In this document: one piece after another, positions 8,272 to 16,541 of the stretch
How positions within the stretch are numbered: position 1 is the stretch's first letter
How the letters are laid out: the number at the start of each line of letters is the position of its first letter
DNA from: Candidatus Dormiibacterota bacterium
Lineage (GTDB): Bacteria > Chloroflexota > Dormibacteria > Dormibacterales > Dormibacteraceae
Length of the DNA stretch: 28,328 nt
Direction of reading: 5' to 3'
NCBI GenBank assembly: GCA_049283435.1
Contig: JBAPVZ010000818.1
Coordinates: 1-28,328 of the forward strand
The notes under the pieces: model-generated
Database searches by the model: none
Seen by the model: only the letters and a program-made list of their open reading frames with translations
Told to the model about the DNA's origin: nothing
Translations under genes and position numbers: made by a program

Positions 8272-9318
8272 TCAGCCTGCCGGACCGAACTCGACGATCG
8301 TCTTGATGTCGTCGGGGCGCGACGCGAACGCGCTGACCGCCTCGGCGAGCGGCAGGCGGCTGGTCAGCAGGCCTTCCAGCCACGACCGCTCGGCTCGCTC
8401 CAGCATCCGCGCCGCCTGCTCGAAGTGGCGGCGGTTGCTGTTCATCACCCCGAGGACCAGCCGGTTGCCGAGGACGAGCTCGCGGAGGAACGCCGGCGCC
8501 CCCAGCTCGCCTCGGGCATGGGGGCCGGGCATGCCGATCACGACGGCGACGCCGAGCGGCGCGAGCCGGTGCAGTGCGGGCACAGCGAGCGCCGGCGCGC
8601 CGCTCGCCTCGAGGATGACGTCGAAGGCCCCTTCCAGGTCGTCCACCGATGTCTTCGGCACCGCACCGAGCGCCTGCACGAGCGCCGGCTTGCGACCGGC
8701 GGCGACCCGGTCGACCACCTCGACAGCGAAGCCGCGCTGGACTGCGCCGAGGGCCGCCAGCAGGCCGATCGGACCGGCCCCGAGGACGAGCGCGCGCCGC
8801 CCCGGCCGTGGGACCGGCAGGCGCCGATCGATCCGCTCCACCTGCTCCCACGCTTTGGCGACGATGCTCGCCGGTTCGAGGAGAACGCCGAGCACTCCGA
8901 GCGACGGCGGCCCCGGGACGGCGTAGGCGGGCTCGATCCGCCAGCGCTCCGAGCCGAATCCGTGCCGGGCGCTGATGCCGTGCTCCGTGAACCGGCCGTT
9001 GCTGCACAGGTCCGGCTCGCCCGCCGCGCAGAAGGGGCAGGGCTCCGGGTCGGGGCGGCGCACGATGCCGACGACGAGGTCGCCGGCTCCGAAGCCGGAC
9101 CCCGCGGGCGCCTCGAGCACACGGCCGAGCGATTCGTGACCGATGATGAGCCGCTCGGCGCCCGGCGGTGGCTGGCCGAAGGCGCCTTCGACGATCTCGC
9201 GGTCGGTGCCGCAGACGCCGAGCGCGACGGCCTCCGCGAGGATCGAACCCTCCGCGGCGGCCGGCTCGGGCACGCCGTCGAGCCGGACCGTGCCGCCGGC
9301 GACGGTCAGCGCTTGCAT
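8272..9318 (-). CDS. Zn-dependent MDR dehydrogenase, glucose 1-dehydrogenase-like
   Basis: GVCGTD, GHESLG, VRRPDPEPCPFC...C structural Zn site, LLEP, GAGPIG Rossmann motif. Confidence 0.8.
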   Translation of the reverse strand: MQALTVAGGTVRLDGVPEPAAAEGSILAEAVALGVCGTDREIVEGAFGQPPPGAERLIIGHESLGRVLEAPAGSGFGAGDLVVGIVRRPDPEPCPFCAAGEPDLCSNGRFTEHGISARHGFGSERWRIEPAYAVPGPPSLGVLGVLLEPASIVAKAWEQVERIDRRLPVPRPGRRALVLGAGPIGLLAALGAVQRGFAVEVVDRVAAGRKPALVQALGAVPKTSVDDLEGAFDVILEASGAPALAVPALHRLAPLGVAVVIGMPGPHARGELGAPAFLRELVLGNRLVLGVMNSNRRHFEQAARMLERAERSWLEGLLTSRLPLAEAVSAFASRPDDIKTIVEFGPAG

Positions 9319-9349
9319 CGCATCAGGATGCGCGCGGCTGCCGAGCGGG

Positions 9350-10504
9350 CTACGGGCGCGGCCTCCCGCTCGCGGTCACCTCGCTCGCAATTGCGGCGCC
9401 CTCGACGAGCGAGGCGAGCTTCGCCCAGGCGATGTCGGGGTCGACGCCGCTCAAGCCGGCGAACGTCGCGAACCCGCAGTCGACGCCCGCCATCACGCGC
9501 TCGCGCCCGAGCCGGTTCGTATAGCGCAGCAGGCGCTGCGCGACCAGGCGCGGGTGCTCGACGAAGTTCGTCGTCGAGTCGATGACGCCCGGGATCACTC
9601 CCTTGCCGTCCGGCAGCTGGACGCTCTGAAACACCTCCCACTCGTGTTCGTGGCGCGGGTTGCTCCCTTCGATGGAGAGCCACGACGGTCGGGCTCGGAG
9701 CAGCAGGTCGATGATCTCGTGAAGCTCGACGTCGAGATGATGCGGCCCCTCGTAGTTGCCCCAGCAGACGTGCATCCGCAACTGCTCCGGCGGCAGCCCG
9801 TCGAGGGCCCAGTTGAGGGCCTCGATCTGCGTCGCGGCGGCGCGGCGGAAGTCCTCCGTCGGCCGCCCCGCAAACACGGTGTTGCGCGCCGACGCGAGGT
9901 CGGGCGCGTCGATCTGCAGCGTGAGGCCGGCGCCCACGATCGCGCGGTATTCGGGGCGCATCGCCTCCGCGACCGCCCACAGGTAGTCCTCTTCGGTGGC
10001 GTAGTGCTGGTTCTGGAAGAACCGGCATATGACACCGGGCGAGGCGGCCGTCATGAACGTGCCGGCGGGTGGTGCCGGAAGGGCGGCCACCGCGTCCTGG
10101 AACCGCGTGAGGTCGCGCCCGATCGCGTCGGGGTCGCGCAGGCGCACTGGACCGATGCAGGCGAGGCTCATGCGCGCGCCTTGCAGGTCGGTTTGCAGCC
10201 GGCGTGCGTAGTTGGGGAAGGCGGCCAGGTCCGCCATCGGCCGGCTCTCGGCGGTGCCGCCGAACCCGTCCAGCCGATCGCGCACATAGGTCGCGTAGCT
10301 CACCTTGCTGACCTCGCCGTCGTTGACGACGTCGAGGCCGCACTCGACCTGCGCCCGCACGATCTCCGCCGTCGCGCTCGGCAGCCGCCGCGCCAGGGCC
10401 GGCTCGTCGATCGGCTCGTCGAGCTCGCGGTGGCGGAGCGCCTGGCGGACGTCGTCGGGGCGCGGCAGGCTTCCGGTGTGGGTCGTCAGGATCCGATCAG
10501 GCAT
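9350..10504 (-). CDS. Cobalamin-independent methionine synthase II-family (single-barrel MetE-like) enzyme
   Basis: TTHTGSLPRP, DGE, LQIDAPDLA, HVCWGNYEGPH, NPRHEHEW, PGVID, DCGF; strong GGAGG SD before ATG 10504. Confidence 0.88.
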   Translation of the reverse strand: MPDRILTTHTGSLPRPDDVRQALRHRELDEPIDEPALARRLPSATAEIVRAQVECGLDVVNDGEVSKVSYATYVRDRLDGFGGTAESRPMADLAAFPNYARRLQTDLQGARMSLACIGPVRLRDPDAIGRDLTRFQDAVAALPAPPAGTFMTAASPGVICRFFQNQHYATEEDYLWAVAEAMRPEYRAIVGAGLTLQIDAPDLASARNTVFAGRPTEDFRRAAATQIEALNWALDGLPPEQLRMHVCWGNYEGPHHLDVELHEIIDLLLRARPSWLSIEGSNPRHEHEWEVFQSVQLPDGKGVIPGVIDSTTNFVEHPRLVAQRLLRYTNRLGRERVMAGVDCGFATFAGLSGVDPDIAWAKLASLVEGAAIASEVTASGRPRP

Positions 10505-10566
10505 GGCACATCCCCTTTCCTCCATTGGCCGGCGCCGGGCGTTCCCGTGCACCTCCAGGATCCCAT

Positions 10567-11337
10567 CTACTCCCAGCGGAACGTCAGCGCGGCGAGCACG
10601 AGCCCGACGAGCGTCCAGGCGGCGAGCACGACCACGTCGGCGGCGGGGACGCCCGATCCGCCGGCGAACGCATGACGCACGCCGTCGGTCAGCGCCGTGA
10701 TCGGGAGGAGCGAGACGGCCCGCTCCGCCCAGCTCGGGAAGACGCTGGTCGGGAACGCGACACCGCCCAGGATCAGCAGCACCAGGTAGAGCAGGTTCGC
10801 GGCCCCGAGCGTCGCCTCGGCGCGCAGCGTGCCGGCGAGCAGGAGCCCGAGGCTGCTAAAGGCGGCGGTGCCGAGCAGGAGCAGCAGGAGTGCCAGCGGC
10901 CAGCCGTCCCCGGGGCGCCAGCCGAGCGCGAACGAGATCGCGGCGAGCACGACGATCTGCAGCACCTCGGTGAGCAGGACCGCGATCGTCTTGCCGAGCA
11001 GCAGGCCGAGGCGTCCGAGCGGCGTCGCGCCGAGCAGCTTCAGCACCCCGTAGCGCCGCTCGAAGCCGGTCGTGATCGCCTGCCCGGTGAACGCGTTGGA
11101 CAGCACCGCGAGCGCGAGCACGCCGGGGGCGACGAACCCGATGCGCGGACCCTGGCCCAGGTTCAGGATCGGGGCCCAGGTGAAGAGGAGCAGGATCAGG
11201 ATCGGGATCGCGAGCTGGAGCAGGAGCTGTTCCGAGTTGCCGAGGGTCGTGCGCAGCTCGGCGCTCGTCTGCGCGAGGACGCGGCGGGGCAGCGGCGCGG
11301 CGCCCGGCTGCGGCGCGTGTTCGAGGGGAGCCGCCAT
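10567..11337 (-). CDS. ABC-2 type exporter permease
   Basis: Six TM segments; AFTGQAITTGFERRYGVLKLLGATPL; TGATG overlap with the upstream ATPase gene. Confidence 0.88.
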   Translation of the reverse strand: MAAPLEHAPQPGAAPLPRRVLAQTSAELRTTLGNSEQLLLQLAIPILILLLFTWAPILNLGQGPRIGFVAPGVLALAVLSNAFTGQAITTGFERRYGVLKLLGATPLGRLGLLLGKTIAVLLTEVLQIVVLAAISFALGWRPGDGWPLALLLLLLGTAAFSSLGLLLAGTLRAEATLGAANLLYLVLLILGGVAFPTSVFPSWAERAVSLLPITALTDGVRHAFAGGSGVPAADVVVLAAWTLVGLVLAALTFRWE

Positions 11338-12278
11338 CACTCGGCCGCCCCCCTGGTCAGCGAGAGGTAGGTTTCCTCGAGGCTCTGGTGCCGGCCGACC
11401 TCCAACCGCTCGACGAGGACGTCCTGCTTCGCACACCAGCCGGTCAGCGCAGCGATCGCGCCCGGCGTCACCGGGCCGTCGAGCCGGTAGTCGCCGGGTG
11501 CGGTCTCCGTGCCGTGGAAGCCGGCGGGCAGCTCGGCGACGAGCTGTTCGAGCATCAGTCCGGGCGTTGCCAGCAGGCGCAGGCCCGGCCTCCTCTCACG
11601 CGCCAGCTCGCGCGGCGAACCCTCCGCGACGAGCCGGCCCCCGGCCAGGATCAGGACGCGGTCGGCGAGTCGCTCGGCCTCCCCCAGGTAGTGCGTCGTC
11701 AGGAGCACCGTCACCCCGTCCTCGCGCAGCCGTTCCAGCAGGCGCCAGGTCGCCTGCCGCGCCTCCGGGTCGAGGCCCGCCGTCGGCTCGTCGAGGAACA
11801 CGAGCGCCGGCCGGCCGACGACCGCGAGCGCAAGCCCGAGGCGCTGGCGCTCGCCCCCGGAGAGCCGCCGGCAGCGAGTCTTCGCGACGCGCGCCAGGCC
11901 GAGGAGCTGGAGCAGGGCCGCCGGGTCCAGGGGGTGCGCGTACTGCCGCGCGACGAGCCGCAGCATGCCCGCACAGGTCTGCGACGGATTGAGGCCGCCC
12001 TCCTGCAGCATCACCCCGACCGCGGCCCGCAGCCGCCCGCGCTCGCGGCGCGGGTCGAGGCCGAGGATGCGGACGTGGCCCGCGTCAGCGCGGCGGAATC
12101 CCTCCAGGATCTCGATCGTCGTCGTCTTGCCGGCACCGTTCGGTCCCAGCAGCGCCGTGATCGATCCAGCCGGCACCTGCAGGTCGAGCCCGCGGAGCGC
12201 CCAACGGGCGCCGTACCGCTTCTGCAGCCCGGCCACCTCGACGGCAGGAGCCGGAGGAGCCGGCGTCGAGACCGCCAC
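11337..12278 (-). CDS. ABC exporter ATP-binding protein (DrrA-like)
   Basis: Walker A GPNGAGKTT, LSGGE signature, FLDEPT, TTHY, C-terminal SLEETYL; GTG 12278 lies 7 nt after TACACT. Confidence 0.9.
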   Translation of the reverse strand: MAVSTPAPPAPAVEVAGLQKRYGARWALRGLDLQVPAGSITALLGPNGAGKTTTIEILEGFRRADAGHVRILGLDPRRERGRLRAAVGVMLQEGGLNPSQTCAGMLRLVARQYAHPLDPAALLQLLGLARVAKTRCRRLSGGERQRLGLALAVVGRPALVFLDEPTAGLDPEARQATWRLLERLREDGVTVLLTTHYLGEAERLADRVLILAGGRLVAEGSPRELARERRPGLRLLATPGLMLEQLVAELPAGFHGTETAPGDYRLDGPVTPGAIAALTGWCAKQDVLVERLEVGRHQSLEETYLSLTRGAAE

Positions 12279-12285
12279 TCGCCGG

Positions 12286-12291
12286 AGTGTA
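12286..12291 (-). promoter_or_regulatory. -10 element (TACACT) of a probable leaderless ABC operon transcript
   Basis: TANNNT 7 nt upstream of GTG 12278; no SD. Confidence 0.65.
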
Positions 12292-12296
12292 GGGTG

Positions 12297-12328
12297 CTCG
12301 GCCGCACGACTCGGCCGCACGACTCGGC
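12297..12328. repeat. 13-bp tandem repeat (CTCGGCCGCACGA x2 plus CTCGGC)
   Basis: Read directly; lies in the 84-bp gap between divergent genes. Confidence 0.85.
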
Positions 12329-12362
12329 GGCCACGTTCGCGCGCCTCCTGTACCGTTCTTCC

Positions 12363-13466
12363 ATGGCCGTCACGCTGCCCTTCGCGCGCACCCTGAACGA
12401 GACGCCCGCGAGCCCGGAGCGGCGGGCGGCGATGCTCGCCGACCCCGGCTTCGGCAACTACTTCACCGACCACCAGATCAGGATCGCGTGGAGCCGGGAG
12501 CGGGGCTGGCACGACGCCGAGCTCGTGCCCTACGGTCCGGTGCTGCTCGACCCGGCGGCGAACGTGCTCCACTTCGCGCAGGAGATCTTCGAGGGGCTGA
12601 AGGCGTATGAGCAGCCGGACCGTTCGGTCGCGACGTTCCGCCCCGACCAGAACGCGCGGCGGCTGCAGGCGTCGGCGCGTCGCCTCGCGCTGCCCGAGCT
12701 GCCGGAGGACCTGTTCGTCGAGTCTCTCCGCCTCCTCGTCGAGCAGGATCGCGCCTGGGTGCCGCCGGCGGGCGGAGAGGCGTCGCTCTACCTGCGTCCG
12801 CTCCTTTTCGGCACGACGCCTGGCCTGTCCGTGCATCCGGCGGCCGAGGTCGAGTACCGGCTCATCGCCTCGCCCGCCGGCTCCTACTTCGCCGGCGGCC
12901 TGCGGCCGGTGGCGGCCTGGATCTCGCGGGAGTTCGTGCGTGCGGCGCCCGGTGGCACCGGCGCGGCGAAGACGGGCGGCAACTACGCGTCATCGCTCGC
13001 CGGTCAGGTCGAGGCGCACGCGAACGGCTGCCAGCAGGTGATCTGGCTCGACGGCGTCGAGCGGCGCTACGTCGAGGAGATGGGTGCGATGAACCTCGCG
13101 TTCGTGTTCGGCGAGGGCCGATCGGCGCGCGTCGTGACGCCGAGCCTCACCGGGACGCTGCTCGCGGGCGTGACCCGCGACTCCCTGCTCGAGATCGGCC
13201 GCGACCTCGGCTATGGCACCGAGGAGCGCCGCGTGTCCGTGGAAGAGGTCGCCGACGGCGTGCGCGAGGGTAGGGTCACCGAGGCGCTCGCGTGCGGCAC
13301 CGGCGCCGTCGTCACCCCGATCGGCCGGATCGCGCACGACGGCGGATCGTTCACGATCGGCGACGGCGAGCCGGGGCCGGTCACCATGCGGCTGCGCGAC
13401 ACGCTGACCGCGATCCAGCGCGGCACCGCCGAGGATGTGCACGGCTGGCGGTACCGGCTGGTCTGA
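12363..13466 (+). CDS. ilvE: Branched-chain amino acid aminotransferase, copy 1 (367 aa)
   Basis: FTDH, IFEGLKAY, LYLRP, AKTGGNYA (PLP lysine), EEMGAMN, GVTRDS, CGT; -10 TACCGT 6 nt before ATG 12363. Confidence 0.9.
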   Translation: MAVTLPFARTLNETPASPERRAAMLADPGFGNYFTDHQIRIAWSRERGWHDAELVPYGPVLLDPAANVLHFAQEIFEGLKAYEQPDRSVATFRPDQNARRLQASARRLALPELPEDLFVESLRLLVEQDRAWVPPAGGEASLYLRPLLFGTTPGLSVHPAAEVEYRLIASPAGSYFAGGLRPVAAWISREFVRAAPGGTGAAKTGGNYASSLAGQVEAHANGCQQVIWLDGVERRYVEEMGAMNLAFVFGEGRSARVVTPSLTGTLLAGVTRDSLLEIGRDLGYGTEERRVSVEEVADGVREGRVTEALACGTGAVVTPIGRIAHDGGSFTIGDGEPGPVTMRLRDTLTAIQRGTAEDVHGWRYRLV

Positions 13467-13636
13467 GCCGCGCCCGGCGTGGGGAGTATCGCCGCTCTCC
13501 GGCGCCCTGGCGTACCGCTCTTCGACACCCCGGATCCCGAACCGTCGGGTGACGCCGCCCCCCAGCGCGACGCCCGGCGTCCGACCGGACCGCCCACCGC
13601 CCGCGCCCGCGAAGCGGCTGGCTGTAGGGTTCTCCT

Positions 13637-14740
13637 ATGACCGACGTGCTGCCGTTTACGCGAACCCCGAGCGAGCATCGGACGAGCCCGGAGCGGCGCG
13701 CCGAGATTCTCGCCGCCCCTGGCTTCGGCCATCACTTCACCGACCACATGGTGCAGATCGTGTGGGACCGTGAGCAGGGCTGGCACGACGCGGCGATCGT
13801 GCCCTACGGACCGATCTCGCTCGACCCCGCGGCGACCGTCCTGCACTACGCGCAGACGATCTTCGAGGGCCTGAAGGCCTATGCGCAGCCGGACGGCTCG
13901 GTCGCCGCGTTCCGGGCCGACGCGAACGCCCGTCGCTTCCAGGCATCGTCGCGGCGCCTGGCACTCCCCGAGCTGCCGCCGGAGCTGTTCGTCGAGTCGC
14001 TGCGCACGCTGGTCCGGGAGGATCGCGCCTGGGTGCCGCCGGCCGGTGCCGAGGAGTCGCTCTACCTGCGCCCGTTCATGTTCGGGACGACGCCGCACCT
14101 CGGCGTCGAGCCGGCCGCCGACGTGCTCTATTGCGTGATCGCCTCGCCGTCCGCCGTGTACTTCACGAGCGGCGCGAAGCCGGTGCGCGTGTGGATCTCG
14201 AAGAGCTACGTCCGCGCGGCCCCCGGCGGCACCGGTGCGGCGAAGACGGGCGGCAACTACGCGGGGTCCCTCGTCGGTCAGGTGGAGGCGGAGCAGCACG
14301 GCTGCTCCCAGGTCGTCTGGCTCGACGCGACGGAGCGCCGCTACGTCGAGGAGATGGGGGGCATGAACCTCGCCTTCGTCCTCGGCGAGGGCCCCTCGGC
14401 CAGGGTCGTGACCCCGCAGCTGACGGGGACGCTGCTCCCCGGCGTGACGCGCGACTCGCTCCTCCAGATCGCGACCGATCTCGGGTACGGCGTCGAGGAG
14501 CGCCGCATCTCGGTCGAGGAGTGGGAGCAGGGTGTGCGGGGCGGCGCGATCACCGAGACGTTCGCCTGCGGCACCGCGGCGGTCGTGACGCCGGTCGGGA
14601 GCGTCGTCTCGGACGAGACCTCGTTCGAGATCGGGGACGGTGAGCCGGGGCCGGTGACGCTCCGGCTTCGCGACGCGCTCACGGCGGTGCAGCGCGGTCT
14701 CGCCGAGGACCCGCATGGGTGGCGGACGCCGCTCGCGTGA
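13637..14740 (+). CDS. ilvE: Branched-chain amino acid aminotransferase, copy 2 (367 aa)
   Basis: FTDHM, LHYAQTIFEGLKAY, LYLRPF, AKTGGNYA, EEMGGMN, LLPGVTRDS, CGTAA; -10 TAGGGT 6 nt before ATG. Confidence 0.93.
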   Translation: MTDVLPFTRTPSEHRTSPERRAEILAAPGFGHHFTDHMVQIVWDREQGWHDAAIVPYGPISLDPAATVLHYAQTIFEGLKAYAQPDGSVAAFRADANARRFQASSRRLALPELPPELFVESLRTLVREDRAWVPPAGAEESLYLRPFMFGTTPHLGVEPAADVLYCVIASPSAVYFTSGAKPVRVWISKSYVRAAPGGTGAAKTGGNYAGSLVGQVEAEQHGCSQVVWLDATERRYVEEMGGMNLAFVLGEGPSARVVTPQLTGTLLPGVTRDSLLQIATDLGYGVEERRISVEEWEQGVRGGAITETFACGTAAVVTPVGSVVSDETSFEIGDGEPGPVTLRLRDALTAVQRGLAEDPHGWRTPLA

Positions 14741-14816
14741 GAGGGCGGCGCGCCGGGTCGGTCGAGACGGGCAAGCAGAGGGGGGCGGCGCAACCGCCGC
14801 TCCCGAGGGAGGTCTG

Positions 14817-15449
14817 ATGACGCATCGCTGGGAGGTGGCGGCCCGCATCGCGGCAGAACGGGTCGTCGCCGTCATCCGGTCCTCGAGCCAGGAGGAGGCG
14901 ATCTCGATCGGCCGCACGCTCGCCGAGGGCGGCATCAGCGTGCTCGAGGTCGCGCTGACGACGCCCGGCGGGGTGGACGCGATCGGGGTGCTCGCCGCCG
15001 AGCTCGGGGACCGCTGCCTGGTCGGCGCCGGCACGGTGCTCGACGAGGGCATGGCGACGGCCGCGATCCGCGCCGGCGCCCAGTTCATGGTGAGTCCGAA
15101 CGTCGCGCTGCCCGTGATCCGGACCGGCGGCCGCTACGGCGTGCCGACGCTGCCCGGCGCTGCGACGACGACCGAGATCATCACGGCGCTCGAGGCCGGG
15201 GCGGATCTGGTCAAGCTGTTTCCCGCCTCGGCGCTCGGCCTCGACTATTTGAAGGCGATTCTGCCGGTGCTGCCGAACGTCGCCCTGGTGCCGACGGGCG
15301 GGATCTCCGCCGCGACGGCGCGGCAGTGGCTGGAGGCGGGCGCGGTTGCGGTCGGGGTCGGCGGTTCGCTCACCAAGGGCGATCCGGCCGCGGTCGGCGC
15401 GCGAGCCGCCGAGATGGTCAAGGCCGTTCGGCCCGTGCAGCTTGTCTGA
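14817..15449 (+). CDS. eda: KDPG/KHG aldolase
   Basis: VVAVIR, LEVALTTP, VGAGTVL, GAQFMVSP, VKLFPA (Schiff-base Lys), PTGGI; GGAGG SD before ATG 14817. Confidence 0.9.
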   Translation: MTHRWEVAARIAAERVVAVIRSSSQEEAISIGRTLAEGGISVLEVALTTPGGVDAIGVLAAELGDRCLVGAGTVLDEGMATAAIRAGAQFMVSPNVALPVIRTGGRYGVPTLPGAATTTEIITALEAGADLVKLFPASALGLDYLKAILPVLPNVALVPTGGISAATARQWLEAGAVAVGVGGSLTKGDPAAVGARAAEMVKAVRPVQLV

Positions 15450-16425
15450 GCGGGCCGCGGGCGCCGAGCGTGCGCTGGATGTCGTCACGCTTGGCGAGTC
15501 CATGCTGCGCTTCTCGGTGCGCCCCGGCGACCTGATCGAAGACGCGCCGCAGCTCGACGTGCACGTCGCCGGCTCGGAGGCGAATGTCGCCTACGCGCTC
15601 GCGCGCATGGGCGTGCGCGCGAGCTGGCTGTCGGTGCTGCCGGACAACCCGCTCGGCCAGCGCGTCGCGACGACGCTGCGCTCCGGCGGCGTCGACGTGT
15701 CCGCGGTGGGCTGGACGCCGGAGGGCCGCCTCGGCACCTACTTCGTGCAGCTCGGCAGCCCGCCCCGCCCGACGACGGTCACCTACGACCGCGCCGGCAC
15801 CACGATGGCCCTCGCGCGGCCCGAGCAGTTCGACTGGTCGATCTTCGATCGCGCCCATCACTTCCACGTCTCCGGCATCACGTTCGCCGTGTCCGACGCC
15901 GCCCGCCAGGTCGCGACGCAGGCGGTGCGGGAGGCCAGGGCCCGCGGGTGCACCGTCTCGCTCGACGTCAACCATCGAGCGCGGATGTGGACCGCCGAGC
16001 AGGCCGCATCGACCCTCGAGCAGCTCGCTGGCGCGGTCGACCTCGTCATCTGCAAGGGCCAGGACGCGGCCGATCTGTTCGGTGCGAGCGGCCCGCCGCG
16101 ATCCGTCGCGCAGGCTCTAGGCGCCCGATTCCAGGCGCCCGCGGTCGCCTGCACCTGGGGGGCGGAGCCGGCGACGCTACTGCTCGGGAGCGAGTGGCTG
16201 GAGTGTCCGGCGCAGGAGGTGCAGATGGTGGACCGTATCGGCGCCGGCGACGCGTTCGCGGCGGGCCTTCTCTGGGGACTGGTGGAGGACGCCCTGCCGA
16301 CCGGTCTGCGCCGCGGCGTCGCGATGGCGGCGCTCTCGATGACGGTGCACGGCGACCTGCTGCGATTGCCGCGCGAGGCGGTGGAGGCACTGCTCAGCAG
16401 CACCGGTCGCGACGTCGACCGCTGA
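15442..16425 (+). CDS. kdgK: PfkB-family sugar kinase, 2-keto-3-deoxygluconate kinase-like
   Basis: LGESMLR, AGSEANVA, YDRAG, LDVNHR..MW, DRIGAGDAFAAG; probable TTG start overlapping the end of eda (start uncertain). Confidence 0.8.
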   Translation: MSERAAGAERALDVVTLGESMLRFSVRPGDLIEDAPQLDVHVAGSEANVAYALARMGVRASWLSVLPDNPLGQRVATTLRSGGVDVSAVGWTPEGRLGTYFVQLGSPPRPTTVTYDRAGTTMALARPEQFDWSIFDRAHHFHVSGITFAVSDAARQVATQAVREARARGCTVSLDVNHRARMWTAEQAASTLEQLAGAVDLVICKGQDAADLFGASGPPRSVAQALGARFQAPAVACTWGAEPATLLLGSEWLECPAQEVQMVDRIGAGDAFAAGLLWGLVEDALPTGLRRGVAMAALSMTVHGDLLRLPREAVEALLSSTGRDVDR

Positions 16426-16432
16426 GCCGCCA

Positions 16433-16508
16433 GCGAGGTAGCGGCCGGTTGCCGGCGTTCGGCCCCTTCCCGGTGCGAGGTAGCGGCCGGTTGCCGGCGT
16501 TCGGCCCC
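16433..16508. repeat. Perfect 34-bp direct repeat x2 (period 42 bp) between convergent genes
   Basis: GCGAGGTAGCGGCCGGTTGCCGGCGTTCGGCCCC at 16433-16466 and 16475-16508. Confidence 0.95.
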
Positions 16509-16541
16509 CTTGGCAATGGCTCGCGCGCGCGGAGCGGTGGC

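Noticed and set aside
11388..12836. Long N-terminal extensions of ilvE1 and the ABC ATPase in the ORF track
   Set aside because: They overlap each other's coding regions; the true starts are supported by family boundaries and -10 elements at 12363 and 12278
13471..13580. yybP-ykoY (Mn2+) riboswitch suggested by GGGGAGTA
   Set aside because: The 3' GAGACC and loop consensus are not recognisable, the downstream ilvE has its own leaderless promoter, and the gene context does not fit; cmscan with RF00080 would settle it
16433..16508. Mini CRISPR array
   Set aside because: Only two repeats, an 8-nt spacer, and no cas genes or leader
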